DNA of 64,000 nucleotides, taken from positions 1-64,000 of the IMG/VR virus record IMGVR_UViG_3300006056_000027. The stretch is one strand, 5' to 3'. The position numbers and the translations under genes are program-made. Below, one piece after another: positions 1 through 8,807 of the stretch. Positions within the stretch are counted from its first letter, which is position 1, and each line of letters begins with the position of its first letter. The stretch comes from a virus (taxonomy: Duplodnaviria > Caudoviricetes). The notes beneath the pieces are model-generated. The model was not told the origin of the DNA. It ran no database searches and saw nothing but the letters and a program-made list of their open reading frames with translations.

Positions 1-2
1 AA

Positions 3-662
3 ATGAGCGATCAAAATCTTGCACGTTATTGGGACCAAAGGTCTAAAACCTGGAGTGGCATTCCAGAGCCTTTAAAACCTACAGATGAAGACATTTCTGT
101 TTTTAATGTTATGCTTTCAAAGTATTCAAAGACAAATTCTGATGCACTAATCTTAGGTGCTACGCCAAAACTTTACACCTTAGACCAAGGCTTAGAAAGA
201 GTTTGTGTTGATATATCTCAGTCTATGATATTAGAAAATCATAATGAAAATGTTCGATTTGTTCAAGGTAATTGGCTTCATATGCCATTCATACCTAGTA
301 GTTCTATTGGGTATGTTGTTGGTGATGGTGTCCTAACATTGCTTAAGTTTCGAGAACAATATGAAATGTTTTTTAAGGAACTACATAGAGTTATGGAACT
401 TGGTGCCGTATTTATTGTAAGAGTTTTTGCTCGCTCTATTCACTTAGCATTATTGCAAGGCAATGAACATGTTGATAGATTTAAAGGCTATATGGCCAAA
501 AGCGAAGATAATCTTGTAGTGGATCACGAATTTGATATTACTTATTCCTTTCCAGACTTAATAGATGTTATTGATATTGCAGCTGAATGGTTTCCATTGA
601 TGGCCATTGAGTTCCCTCATGGGAATGTAAACTTTCCTATTCTTTGCTTTGTGAAGTCTTAA
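3..662 (+). CDS. Class I SAM-dependent methyltransferase
   Basis: ALILGAT motif I-like, VCVDIS, FVQGNW, VVGDGVL, LHRVMELG pattern. Confidence 0.7.
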   Translation: MSDQNLARYWDQRSKTWSGIPEPLKPTDEDISVFNVMLSKYSKTNSDALILGATPKLYTLDQGLERVCVDISQSMILENHNENVRFVQGNWLHMPFIPSSSIGYVVGDGVLTLLKFREQYEMFFKELHRVMELGAVFIVRVFARSIHLALLQGNEHVDRFKGYMAKSEDNLVVDHEFDITYSFPDLIDVIDIAAEWFPLMAIEFPHGNVNFPILCFVKS

Positions 663-1264
663 TGAAAAGTATATTGTTAATGTTTTCAGGTGGCTTGGAT
701 TCTTTGGCTGCCTTATATCTATTGTTAACAGATCCTAAATATGCTGAATATTCAATTCATGTTCATCATGTTGAAATTGTTAATAAAGAATGGCGACATT
801 TGGCAGAACGAATAGCTGTACAGAGTATCTTTAAGTATCTTAAGGATAATAAATATAAAGACTTTGATTATTCAGAGTCCTCTATTACAGTTCCTGCTAT
901 TGGTAATAACTTCCTTTGGGATACGGACATTACTAGTTTTATTTCAGGATATATGTCTTTATATGGCAACCATACTATTGCGTTTGGTGTTAATAAAGAT
1001 GACTTAACCAGAGTTAATAGCAGACAAATGATGAGAGCAGCTTCTCTCTTTGGCAGCTTCTCTGATCCTAGACGTAAACTTTATCCTGTTTCCCATTTAA
1101 CAAAGCAAGAGCTTTATGATCTTCTTCCCAAAGAACTTTCTGAATTGTCATGGTCATGCAGAACTCCAGTATTAGAAAATAATATTTGGACTAAGTGCAA
1201 GAAATGCCATACATGTATAAGATTGTCATTGCTAAGGATGGTTGATTATAAACCAAATACTTAG
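662..1264 (+). CDS. QueC-like PP-loop ATPase (7-cyano-7-deazaguanine synthase family)
   Basis: FSGGLDS PP-loop and C-terminal SWSC...CKKCHTC Zn motif; start taken at ATG 662. Confidence 0.7.
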   Translation: MKSILLMFSGGLDSLAALYLLLTDPKYAEYSIHVHHVEIVNKEWRHLAERIAVQSIFKYLKDNKYKDFDYSESSITVPAIGNNFLWDTDITSFISGYMSLYGNHTIAFGVNKDDLTRVNSRQMMRAASLFGSFSDPRRKLYPVSHLTKQELYDLLPKELSELSWSCRTPVLENNIWTKCKKCHTCIRLSLLRMVDYKPNT

Positions 1265-1274
1265 GTGTATTAAG

Positions 1275-1526
1275 ATGAAAAAGATTATAGCATTAGCATT
1301 TATCATACTATTAACGGCCTGCGAACGTAAGACTGTTGATGTTGCAGGTAATTATGCTATTCCTCAAGAATTGTCTGATTGTATCTTTAGGCGTATGGAT
1401 TCTCATACTGCTTTCTTCATTACTGTTGTTCGTTGTCCTAATAGTGCAACTACCACTGTTCAAAGCGATAAAGCTCATACGACTACGATTGTTGTTGATG
1501 GAGTTAAATATACTCCAGCTCAATAA
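1275..1526 (+). CDS. Small lipoprotein
   Basis: MKKIIALAFIILLTAC signal peptide with lipobox. Confidence 0.6.
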   Translation: MKKIIALAFIILLTACERKTVDVAGNYAIPQELSDCIFRRMDSHTAFFITVVRCPNSATTTVQSDKAHTTTIVVDGVKYTPAQ

Positions 1527-1535
1527 TTGTTGCTA

Positions 1536-1564
1536 TTGATATCATAGCACTTAGCATATATAAT
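1536..1564 (+). promoter_or_regulatory. Sigma70-like promoter
   Basis: TTGATA-17 nt-TATAAT upstream of the GIY-YIG gene. Confidence 0.55.
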
Positions 1565-1594
1565 ATATTTAAATCATCAATAAGGAAGAATTAA

Positions 1595-2320
1595 ATGGGC
1601 TTTATATATGCTTTAATATGTCCAGAATCACAAACAATTAGATATATTGGACAAACAAAAAGAACATTAAATATAAGATTGGCTCAGCATATTTCAAGAT
1701 GCAAGATTGCCAAGAAGAAATATAACCATAAAGAACAATGGCTCAGAAAGCTTATATCTAATAATTCAATTGATAGCCTACAGATATTGTTAATTGAAGA
1801 ATGCAATGATGATCTTCTCAATACTCAAGAAATCTACTGGATAGATTACTATTCTAATAGTTGCCAATTAGTTAATGGCACAATAGGCGGATCATATGTC
1901 CCTATATTGGTTGGTGTAGATAATCCAAATTATGGTAAGAAATTATCAGAAGAACGATTACTTAAGCTTAAGCAAAGAATTGGTGATGCTAATCCTAATT
2001 ATGGAAATCACAATAAGCCTTCTGGTGAAGTTATTATAAAACGTAAAGAAGCGATGATTGTTTTTGAAAAATTTCAACAATCTAGAAAATCTGAAGAGTA
2101 TAGAAAGAAGATTTCTGATATATAATTAAATACTGTCTTGGTACTAGATGAAGATTTTAAAATTATTTCTGCTTATAAAAATGCAACTATTGCTTCTGTT
2201 GCACTTGGATTTACGCGTGGTAACATAACTAATGCTATTAGAGCTAAACGTCAAATTGGTAAACAATCTAAAAATAAATATTGGGTGTGTTATGAAAAAG
2301 ACCTCGGAAATTTTATATAA
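1595..2320 (+). pseudogene. GIY-YIG homing endonuclease (NUMOD3/NUMOD1-type tail) interrupted by in-frame TAA at 2123-2125
   Basis: GFIY...YIGQT motif; repeated NPNYG; ORF 2138..2320 continues in the same frame with an HTH-like tail. Confidence 0.7.
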
Positions 2321-2942
2321 ATATCCAAGAACGCCACACTTACCTCATAGCCCTGGCGTTACTTCTGACGATAAAATTCATAAAGATATGACTTTTTTCA
2401 ATGGCAAAGAAGTTGTAGTTACACTTAAAATGGATGGTGAAAATACGACTATTGGCAATGATTATTATCATGCAAGATCTTTGGATAGCAATAATCATCC
2501 TAGTAGGAATTATGTTAAAGGATTTGCCGCTCAAGTTATTTATGGCAATCTTCCTGGTTTGTGGAGAATTTGTGGTGAGAATCTCTTCGCTAAGCACTCA
2601 ATCTATTATAAAGACCTAGAGTCATACTTCTATGCTTTTTCTATTTGGGATAGTACAAATAAGTGTCTTTCTTGGGATGACACAATTGAGTGGATTAGTC
2701 TTATAGGATTGTTTCCAGTTAAGACAATCTACCGCGGTATTTACAATCAAGACCTTATTGATAAGGCTTTCTCTACTTATGCAAATGATCATGAAGGATA
2801 TGTTGTGCGTCTAACGAGTGCTATTTCTTATAATGATTTTGAATTATCATTTGCAAAATTTGTTAGAGCTAATCATGTTCAGCCAAATTCTGAACATTGG
2901 ATGCATTCTCAACTTATTAAAAATGAACTAAGAGAATTTTAA
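2292..2942 (+). CDS. ATP-dependent RNA ligase (Rnl family)
   Basis: KYPRTPHLP N-terminus, motif I KMDGEN, CGENL, HEGYVVR, AKFVR. Confidence 0.8.
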   Translation: MKKTSEILYKYPRTPHLPHSPGVTSDDKIHKDMTFFNGKEVVVTLKMDGENTTIGNDYYHARSLDSNNHPSRNYVKGFAAQVIYGNLPGLWRICGENLFAKHSIYYKDLESYFYAFSIWDSTNKCLSWDDTIEWISLIGLFPVKTIYRGIYNQDLIDKAFSTYANDHEGYVVRLTSAISYNDFELSFAKFVRANHVQPNSEHWMHSQLIKNELREF

Positions 2943-2945
2943 ATT

Positions 2946-3152
2946 ATGGCTTTATTTGGTAGCATCGTAATGATGCTTTTAGGCATATGTGTTTGTATTG
3001 CCGCTGGTCTCTTTACTATGCTTGCCAATGGTATGTCTACATCTCCTTTAACTTTTGAAGAAGTATTATTCCTTATCTACTTATATGCAGCTGGCATCTT
3101 TTTGGTTTTCTTTGGTGCATACTATTCACCAATTCATATTACGGTAATTTAA
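2946..3152 (+). CDS. Small two-TM membrane protein
   Basis: Two hydrophobic segments. Confidence 0.5.
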   Translation: MALFGSIVMMLLGICVCIAAGLFTMLANGMSTSPLTFEEVLFLIYLYAAGIFLVFFGAYYSPIHITVI

Positions 3153-3335
3153 TCATGGTTATGAGTCTTAAAGAATACATGGAACGGAAAGAAAGAGGCG
3201 AGGAAGTGTTTAACTTTCCTTCTAGCGGTCTTTCTAAAGATGATGCATTTTATGATGGTTTAGGCGAAATGATTGAAGAAACAGGATATATAGGTCACAT
3301 GGGATGTGTTGGAATGCGCGGACATACAGGTTTAG

Positions 3336-3821
3336 ATGATGAGCTTATTTCCTAATAGAATCTCTTGGGATGTTCCAGAAGCACCTCACCCAGGCTCCTA
3401 TGGAGCCGTTAGACGCCATGATCGTCACACTGGAGTAGATATATACGTTCCTGAAGGAACTCCTGTCTATGCCCTTGAAGATTGCCGTGTAATTGATGTT
3501 TCCTACTTTACTGGTCCAAATGCTAAACCGCCTTGTCCGTGGTGGGAAGAGACTTGGGCTGTCACTGTGATAAATAAAAGCTCTACTTATTTATTGTATG
3601 GTGAATTAACTCCTGTTGTTCTTGAACATGATCAAAGAAAAGCTGGTGATATCATTGGCTATGTTAAAAGAGTCTTAAAGACAGACAAAGGCTTACCCGT
3701 ATCAATGCTTCATGTTGAAATGTATAGTCATTTATTAGATGAACACCCTTACTGGCATCATGATGAACCTTCTCCGTATGGCTTATTAGATCCAACTTCA
3801 TATTTAAAGCAATTTAAATAA
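3336..3821 (+). CDS. M23 family metallopeptidase
   Basis: HTGVD and LHVE zinc-binding motifs. Confidence 0.8.
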   Translation: MMSLFPNRISWDVPEAPHPGSYGAVRRHDRHTGVDIYVPEGTPVYALEDCRVIDVSYFTGPNAKPPCPWWEETWAVTVINKSSTYLLYGELTPVVLEHDQRKAGDIIGYVKRVLKTDKGLPVSMLHVEMYSHLLDEHPYWHHDEPSPYGLLDPTSYLKQFK

Positions 3822-3863
3822 ACCTCTTTACTGGAGATATGGCTGAGTTAATTATGGATAATT

Positions 3864-4238
3864 ATGAATTCAAAACAAAAAGGTAATATTGGAATTGGCA
3901 TGGCTATTGCCCATTTCACAAAACTTGGACTTACAGTATCTTTGCCTCTTACTGATAGTCAAGATTATGATATTATTGTAGATATAGACGGTGTTTTACA
4001 AAAAGTGCAAGTAAAATATACTGCAAGTAAAGCAACTAGTAATCACTACATAGTGCCATTAAGATCTATTAGCGGTACTACTCGAAAAATTTATAAAACC
4101 ATCATAGAAACAGATATAGACATTTTGTTTATATATTCTGAAGATGGTAACTCTTATTGTCTTTCAATTAATGATTTGTCCAATGTTAATATGTTGACAC
4201 TGAATGAAGAATTTAAAGAAAAATATTTAATTAAATAG
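3864..4238 (+). CDS. PD-(D/E)XK homing-type endonuclease
   Basis: KQKGNIG...DYDIIVD...KVQVK motif typical of intron-associated PD-(D/E)XK nucleases. Confidence 0.8.
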   Translation: MNSKQKGNIGIGMAIAHFTKLGLTVSLPLTDSQDYDIIVDIDGVLQKVQVKYTASKATSNHYIVPLRSISGTTRKIYKTIIETDIDILFIYSEDGNSYCLSINDLSNVNMLTLNEEFKEKYLIK

Positions 4239-4331
4239 TGAGTTGGATGAGCGGTTTAAATCGGTATCCTGCTAAGATATTACTCGTACTAATAATACGG
4301 GTCGTGGGTTCAAATCCCACACTCACTGCCA
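4237..4331 (+). tRNA. tRNA-Ser(GCT)
   Basis: AGTGAGT/ACTCACT-G-CCA, loop CTGCTAA, long variable arm. Confidence 0.92.
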
Positions 4332-4374
4332 CTAACTATCTCCGCCAATTTAACTATTCCTTCTGGAAACAACT

Positions 4375-4623
4375 GTGAACTTTATTATGAAATTTATTGC
4401 TAAACTGTTTAGCAAACCTTCTGCACCATTGACTATCAATGATGTCGTATCTCAATTTTCTAAGATGATTAAAGATCTTAATACCATTGCAGACAATCAA
4501 CGTGCTTCCATTACTTCTTGTGATTTAAGTATTCAAGCGCTTGAAGTGAGAAAAGCTAACAATTAGGTTGAACTTAATCGTGCAACCGCTATTGCTGAAA
4601 AAATCAATAACATTATTGAATAA
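4375..4623 (+). CDS. Coiled-coil hypothetical protein, probable TAG readthrough at 4564-4566
   Basis: After the TAG the frame continues as amphipathic VELNRATAIAEKINNIIE to TAA 4621-4623. Confidence 0.45.
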
Positions 4624-4651
4624 TTCCTTTAGCATTTAAAAGGATGTTTAT

Positions 4652-6076
4652 ATGTCTGCTCAATCTTATGAATCTCATCGCATGGGGTTAATGGGATATA
4701 TTGATGATCGTCCGAGCTTCATGTCTTATGGGGATGAAATTCATGCCAATGAGTATGAACATATGCGTATGATTACTCTAAAAGAGAGGTCCAAATCAAT
4801 GGCACAAACTGCTATTCCCGTCCTTACGGCACCTTGGGATAAGCCAGTATTGTCTTTAACTGATAATACTGCGTATACCTACAATCCTTATCTTTCTCAA
4901 GCGGATAAGTTGTATGAGGTAAGCCCTTCAAGTATTGCGTCTTATTTAAAGGAATTGAATAAACGTTTTGCCTTGACTCATGGTCAAAAACTGTTCTTTA
5001 TGTATTCTGCAAAGATTACTGATTATTTCTATGCTAATACGGGTAGAACTTATCGCAAAGCTGATGATGATGTTTATGAGATGATTTGTGAAATTGTTTA
5101 CTCATCTTATAGAAATGGATCTGATGGAATACGCGATGGACTTGGTGAAACAAGTGGTGATAGACCAGGCTTAATGCATAATCTTAGAAGATATTTTTCT
5201 AATATAAAAGCAACCCTTCCATGTAAGATGAATTTTGGAATGACCACTCCGTACTTTGGATGTGGTGGCGACTCTTTATATGATGCTATTAAATCAAATA
5301 TTTTTCTAATTGATAACAGAAAGCATGTTCCTTTTGATAAGGATATGTATGTTGAAATTGATGCTGCTGAAAATTTTGATTTAACTCATAGAGTGGACAA
5401 TAAGATGACTAGTTTCATTAGAAGTCCTTACACTTTTATGTTTGCAGTAGACTTTAATGCTTTAAGGTTTATCTTAAAATGTTTTGCCATATTGTGCGAA
5501 AATAAACATTTTGAAAAAAAAGTTGTAACTCTTGAGCAATGGTCTCCTGCAAAAGTTGATGCAGACTTTAAAGAGTTTTTAGATCCTATTATTAAATTAC
5601 CTCAGATACAGAAGAATATCGTGGCCTCACCAGTTAACACTACCGCTGAAGCATTAAGTTCATTAGCAGTTCTTAAAGCTGCTAAAACTAAAGCTGCCCC
5701 TAAACCAACTGCTACTATTGTAGCGAAGAGTGATAAAACGACTACATTGTCTACACAAGTCGATCAAATTAAAGATGCTAACTTACAAGCTTTTGCTTTA
5801 GCTGGTAAAATTGAAGCTGGTAAAGCTGTCATTGCTTTAATTAAAACCCAATTAGCTGATAAAGTTCCAGAAGGACTTACAATTTGGACTCAGCATCCAG
5901 CTTTTGATTTAATCGTTGCAAACTTAGCAAACATTGCTATTCAACAATTTGCAGCTGACCATCCAAAGGCACAGTTTGTTAACGAAGCTTTGATGATTGC
6001 TTCTGCTCAAACTCTTGTTCAAGCTTTTAACATTCCTGGTTTTATCAGAGATGTTCTTGATTCTACTAAAATTTAA
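4652..6076 (+). CDS. Hypothetical protein (474 aa)
   Basis: Long ORF with SD AAGGA; no motif recognised. Confidence 0.7.
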   Translation: MSAQSYESHRMGLMGYIDDRPSFMSYGDEIHANEYEHMRMITLKERSKSMAQTAIPVLTAPWDKPVLSLTDNTAYTYNPYLSQADKLYEVSPSSIASYLKELNKRFALTHGQKLFFMYSAKITDYFYANTGRTYRKADDDVYEMICEIVYSSYRNGSDGIRDGLGETSGDRPGLMHNLRRYFSNIKATLPCKMNFGMTTPYFGCGGDSLYDAIKSNIFLIDNRKHVPFDKDMYVEIDAAENFDLTHRVDNKMTSFIRSPYTFMFAVDFNALRFILKCFAILCENKHFEKKVVTLEQWSPAKVDADFKEFLDPIIKLPQIQKNIVASPVNTTAEALSSLAVLKAAKTKAAPKPTATIVAKSDKTTTLSTQVDQIKDANLQAFALAGKIEAGKAVIALIKTQLADKVPEGLTIWTQHPAFDLIVANLANIAIQQFAADHPKAQFVNEALMIASAQTLVQAFNIPGFIRDVLDSTKI

Positions 6077-6093
6077 TTTTTAGTGACCCAAAT

Positions 6094-6221
6094 TACGACA
6101 TAGTGTAATGGTAGCACGTATAAAAATTTCTGTGATAACTTCCTTCTCCTTAATAGGATGCGATAATTACAGTTACTTCTATTGGGTAGATAAGGTCTGG
6201 GTTCGATTCCCAGTGTCGTAA
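6094..6221 (+). ncRNA. tRNA-like / permuted Y RNA chimera 1
   Basis: tRNA acceptor, D and T arms; anticodon arm replaced by a ~65 nt module with GATGCGA...GTTACTTC; no encoded CCA. Confidence 0.7.
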
Positions 6222-6248
6222 ATATTTTATTAACAGGGTATTGACATT

Positions 6249-6536
6249 ATGGATATTATGCGTCTTAATATTCCACGTGATCAAAAGAAAACGGTTCGTT
6301 ATTTCAATCCTCCTCGTGGATGGGCTACTGACAATGTTGTAGTAGGCGAAAGAGCTGTTGTTTATACTATTGATCATCCATCACCATTTGTAACGAATGG
6401 ACAAGCATGTTACACATCTCCAGTTGTTTCTTACAATAAAGACACTGATGAGATTGAGACAGTATTCACTATTTATATTCGCATCAGAGACAATGATGAA
6501 CAAATAGATTCAACCAAAACTAGTCGTAATAACTAG
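6249..6536 (+). CDS. Hypothetical protein
   Basis: 95 aa ORF; C-terminus resembles that of ORF 10560..10784. Confidence 0.55.
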   Translation: MDIMRLNIPRDQKKTVRYFNPPRGWATDNVVVGERAVVYTIDHPSPFVTNGQACYTSPVVSYNKDTDEIETVFTIYIRIRDNDEQIDSTKTSRNN

Positions 6537-6852
6537 AAATGATTTAAGTGCTGGTTATCAATCAGTACAACCAGCTCATGCTGTAGCGCAATTTGCTGTA
6601 GACCATTATGATACTTTTAAGAAATGGGATGCAGAATCTAAGTATATTATTATTTTATCTGCTAATGATTTAGAGCATCTAAATAAACAGATAAATAAGA
6701 TAAACCATCTTAATGTTGATTTTTCGGTATTCAATGAACCCGATATACAAAATCAAACAACAGCAGTATGTTTTTATGCAGAGACTGATAAAGCAATTAA
6801 AATGTTTTCTCATTTACCTCTGGCATTAAAGAATTATAGGTCATTGGTGTAA
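6493..6852 (+). CDS. Pth2-like peptidyl-tRNA hydrolase with in-frame TAG at codon 5
   Basis: MMNK*IQPKLVVITRNDLSAGYQSVQPAHA...FNEPDIQNQTTAVC...FSHLPL matches the Pth2 pattern; missed by the ORF track because of TAG 6505-6507. Confidence 0.75.
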
Positions 6853-6911
6853 TGAAAGCACAGCACCCTTTGACGGTGTTAGTTGAGGTTTGAGTCCTTG
6901 ATGGCCTACCA
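6838..6911 (+). tRNA. tRNA-Gln(TTG)
   Basis: Cloverleaf, loop CTTTGAC, CCA end; overlaps the Pth2-like stop codon. Confidence 0.88.
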
Positions 6912-6929
6912 TAATTAAATTAAAACAAT

Positions 6930-7017
6930 GCGGACGTAGCCCAGCGGTCGAAGGCACTGGATTGCAAATCCAATTAGAGAAATCTACGCGTCTGTTCGAA
7001 TCAGACCGTCCGTTCCA
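6930..7017 (+). tRNA. tRNA-Cys(GCA), long variable arm
   Basis: Loop TTGCAAA, U73-CCA. Confidence 0.88.
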
Positions 7018-7042
7018 TATTTAAAATATTTAGAGATTTAAA

Positions 7043-7309
7043 ATGACATAGATTCATCATATAGATTCAATAGTTCCTATTGTATTCCATTATAATAAAC
7101 AGCATAATATTGATTCAGCAATTCCTCCTTGGGTTGTTAAAGCAAAAGGTGAAACACATTATGTTAACCATATAGATGTTGATAAAGGGATTGGCTTCTC
7201 AACTCGTGAGACACCTGATAATCCACATACTAAGGCTAGTTTAAAATTCAAAGGCAAATTAACTATTGAAAAACAAAATGATGAAATCATTGCCAAGATT
7301 TATTTGTAA
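7043..7309 (+). CDS. Hypothetical protein with in-frame TAG at codon 3
   Basis: ATG ACA TAG ATT followed by 85 sense codons (IHHIDSIVPIVFHYNK...RETPDNPHTKASLKFKG...) with no other ATG; SD-like AGAG upstream. Confidence 0.65.
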
Positions 7310-7326
7310 ATGTATTAGGTATTAAT

Positions 7327-7473
7327 ATGAAAAAGAAGAAACCAAAGCTTGTAAAGTTTAATCCTGTCGCTATGCATCAACTGATAAACAGAGGTGGTAG
7401 ACATGGGCCAACTGGCAAAGCTATTCGTCGTCAACAAAAAGTTGACATTCAAAAAAATATTGATACAATATAA
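7327..7473 (+). CDS. Small basic protein (48 aa)
   Basis: MKKKKPKLVKFNPVA...; SD AGGT upstream. Confidence 0.5.
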   Translation: MKKKKPKLVKFNPVAMHQLINRGGRHGPTGKAIRRQQKVDIQKNIDTI

Positions 7474-7500
7474 AAATTACATAGCGTAAAGCTATAAACC

Positions 7501-7591
7501 GAACATGTGTTTGTTGCAATAGATGCGGGTTACTTCTTTCTTTTGATGAAAAACCAAATATCCTGCGTCAATCTTTATCTCTTACACATTC
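7501..7591 (+). ncRNA. Y RNA-like element (Ro-binding module only, non-permuted)
   Basis: ATGTGT/ACACAT and GATGCGGG/CCTGCGTC stems with the GTTGCAA...GTTACTTC motif shared with the chimeras. Confidence 0.7.
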
Positions 7592-7619
7592 TTATTCCTT
7601 TCCTCCTTGGATTTATATC

Positions 7620-7784
7620 ATGAGAATCTTAGCATTAATTGCTACCATTATTTTATTAATAATCCTTTGTTGGATGTTGTTCCATACTTTGTTATTTCCA
7701 TTAGCTAAGTTTGTATTCATCATTGTCTTACTCTATATGTTTGTTAAGACTTTTAAATACGCTTACTATGGTAAAGCAATTTAG
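7620..7784 (+). CDS. Small membrane protein
   Basis: 54 aa, almost wholly hydrophobic. Confidence 0.45.
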   Translation: MRILALIATIILLIILCWMLFHTLLFPLAKFVFIIVLLYMFVKTFKYAYYGKAI

Positions 7785-7789
7785 TTTTT

Positions 7790-7875
7790 GGGTGTGCGCC
7801 AGAGCGGGAGAGCTGGGGCGGACTGTAAATCCGTTGTCTTCGACTGAATAGGTTCGAATCCTATGACACCCACCA
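7790..7875 (+). tRNA. tRNA-Tyr(GTA)
   Basis: Loop CTGTAAA, variable arm, CCA. Confidence 0.92.
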
Positions 7876-7880
7876 AATAT

Positions 7881-7957
7881 CCCGAATTAGCTTAGCTGGT
7901 CTAAAGCTGCCCCCTCTAAAAGGGCCATCACAGGTTCGAATCCTGTATTCGGGACCA
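7881..7957 (+). tRNA. Amber suppressor tRNA (anticodon CTA)
   Basis: CCCGAAT/ATTCGGG-A-CCA; anticodon loop CT-CTA-AA (7914-7920); canonical T arm. Confidence 0.88.
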
Positions 7958-7967
7958 ATTTTTTAAC

Positions 7968-8051
7968 GGTACAGTTCCCGAGCGGTCAAAGGGAATGTCT
8001 TGATAAGGCATCACGAAAGTTTCGCAGGTTCAAATCCTGCCTGTACCACCA
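7968..8051 (+). tRNA. tRNA-Ile(GAT), extended variable arm
   Basis: Loop TTGATAA, CCA. Confidence 0.88.
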
Positions 8052-8181
8052 ATTAAAGCCCATTTAAATAAAATTATTATTTATCCAAAGCTCTTCAGTT
8101 AGTCTAGGATTAAGAGTTGCAAACTTATACGCTATAATAATTATCTGATACTAAATGGCACAATTTTAATAAAGGCTGTAT

Positions 8182-8679
8182 ATGTCCTCAATGCCATTGT
8201 TTGTAGATATGGATGGAGTCGCTTGTGACTTCAATAAAGAAGCTTCTCGTATGGTTGGAAGATCATATGAAGAATTAACTTCTCATGAAAAAATAGATTT
8301 TTGGCATTACACATTCACTCCTGAATTCTTTGAAAGATTAGAGCCTGCTCCTTTCTTAGATGAGTTTTTAGATGGTGCAATGGATTTCTTTGATGGCGAT
8401 GTAAGGTTTTTAACTGCCTTGCCATTAAATAGAAAAGATTTAGCCTATCAATCTGCTGCTTGTAAAATGAATTGGGTTCGTCGTAATTGTAAGCGTGATA
8501 TTCCTGTAACATTTGGTCCGTTTGCAATTGACAAACAAAGACATTGCTTAGGTAAGACTTATAGCTTATTAGATGACAACAAGAAGAATGTTGCTCAATG
8601 GCAAGCAAGAGGTGGAATAGCAGTCCATCATAAGGGTATTGACACGTTGTTAGATAGTTTAATATTATTAACGACGTAA
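8182..8679 (+). CDS. HAD-family 5'(3')-deoxyribonucleotidase
   Basis: FVDMDGV motif I, FLTA, LLDD motif. Confidence 0.8.
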   Translation: MSSMPLFVDMDGVACDFNKEASRMVGRSYEELTSHEKIDFWHYTFTPEFFERLEPAPFLDEFLDGAMDFFDGDVRFLTALPLNRKDLAYQSAACKMNWVRRNCKRDIPVTFGPFAIDKQRHCLGKTYSLLDDNKKNVAQWQARGGIAVHHKGIDTLLDSLILLTT

Positions 8680-8722
8680 ACGAATAGGTGTCCCGCTACC
8701 TTAAATGCGGATCATAAATTGT

Positions 8723-8807
8723 TGCGGTGTGTCAGAAGTCTGGTATCTGGGAGGGCTCATAACCCTCTGCGTAAGCCTCGTGGGTTCGAATCCCACCTCC
8801 GCTACCA
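8723..8807 (+). tRNA. tRNA-Met(CAT), initiator-like
   Basis: Three G-C pairs closing loop CTCATAA; unpaired 1:72; CCA. Confidence 0.85.

Larger units (their letters stand above)
3833..4347 (+). mobile_element. Endonuclease + replacement tRNA-Ser cassette inside a disrupted tRNA gene
   Basis: 5' remnant GGAGATA-TGGCTGAGT (3833-3848) pairs with 3' remnant TATCTCC-G-CCA (4337-4347); an endonuclease ORF and an intact tRNA-Ser lie between. Confidence 0.7.
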
